Part shown: piece after piece, positions 63,096 to 64,000 of the stretch
How the letters are laid out: each line of letters begins with the position of its first letter
How positions within the stretch are numbered: the stretch's first letter is position 1
Origin: Spizellomyces punctatus DAOM BR117
Taxonomy: Eukaryota
DNA length: 64,000 nt
Assembly (NCBI GenBank): GCA_000182565.2
Contig: KQ257451.1
Strand: one strand, 5' to 3'
The notes under the pieces: model-generated
What the model was told of the DNA's origin: nothing
The model's database searches: none
Seen by the model: the letters and a program-made list of their open reading frames with translations, nothing else
Program-made: the position numbers and the translations under genes

Positions 63096-64000
63096 CGTTC
63101 CAAGGCTCCAAATCGCTTGATAGACGGTGCAGCGCACTAGAAAGGGACTTTTTGAACTGCGCAATAAAAATCGTGGTGAGTGAGCAAGAACCCGCGAAAG
63201 ATGCAAAACATTGAAGTCGGAAACACTGACCTCTGGAGAACTGCGTGTGGAGATAGGGTCGTTTTTCTACTTTAAAGATTACCTCGCGATCAATGTCTGA
63301 AATTTTAAACTACGCAACAAGCCTTCAAGGGAATACGGCAATAAAAAGAAACGATTTCTAAAACGATTGAAAGTGAGAACAATAAGTCAATGTGGAAATG
63401 TTTAAAAAAAAAGAAGACACAATAGGTTTTGAAATTTGGGAGGAGAGAAAGCAATGAGGGCAAGAAGCCTTTATCACTTGACTCCAAACTGACGGTAGAA
63501 TTAGCGATAAAAACACTCACCCGGAATGACAACGTATGGGGGACTTTTTGCAGAGGCGTTTTCGATTGCAAACAAAAAGCACAAGAAAGGGCAATGAACG
63601 TAAAACAGCAAGGAAAAAACATTAGCGGGAGGTTACAAGGAGAGGACTGATGTCATGGATCATCATCACATCGACATCACACGGGCCTCCTCGGTGGGCT
63701 GTAACGCTCTATTTTTTGTGTGTGTGATGTTATGGGCGTTCAAACTACTACGTACGCTCTAATGATGATGGTGATGAGCAAAAAAGCAAGGATTTCGTTT
63801 CGTATGGTTTTATGGTTTTTCGTTCGTTCGTTCTCGTCGGACGTTCACGGTAGGGGGCGGCGGAGGAAAGGAGGAAAAAAATAACGCCAAGCAGTGTTTT
63901 TCGTCGTCGTGCTCGTTGCGATTAGCTTTTCGTTGTCGATCCCTTCCAACATCTCGCGCATGGGCTCCGATGGTGTCATGATGATGATCGGCAAGTCGCG

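Overview
Gene-dense eukaryotic DNA with many short GT..AG introns (about 40-70 nt). It is most consistent with a chytrid fungus, probably Spizellomycetales. That placement is an inference from the Slo/BK channel, the M36 and M28 peptidases and an element resembling the Spizellomyces Fanzor family. Recognisable genes are: a bacterial-type dienelactone-hydrolase-like gene with introns, NFX1/FAP1, NMD3, an M28 aminopeptidase, an M36 fungalysin, a large coiled-coil protein, a YtcJ-like amidohydrolase, a Myb/SANT-like protein, COX6A/COX13, a PASK-like kinase, a Slo/BK K+ channel, a J-domain/SAM/U-box protein, a PMC1-type Ca2+-ATPase and a Crz1-like C2H2 factor. There are also one tRNA-Gly and two identical intron-containing tRNA-Asn genes. 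Three non-coding finds stand out. (1) A 725-bp TIR element (40753-41477, flanked CATA...TATG) has no nuclease ORF, but its right end looks like a Fanzor1 omegaRNA guide scaffold and it carries a small spliced ORF. (2) A second, diverged copy of that omegaRNA-like end and its upstream block lies on the minus strand at about 17012-17146. (3) An array of about 3.6 copies of a 150-155-nt unit (24846-25472) lies downstream of a TATA box and folds into repeated multi-way junctions; differences between copies preserve pairing, so it is a candidate new structured ncRNA. All calls are by eye, with no database searches. Exon boundaries of the multi-intron genes are approximate.
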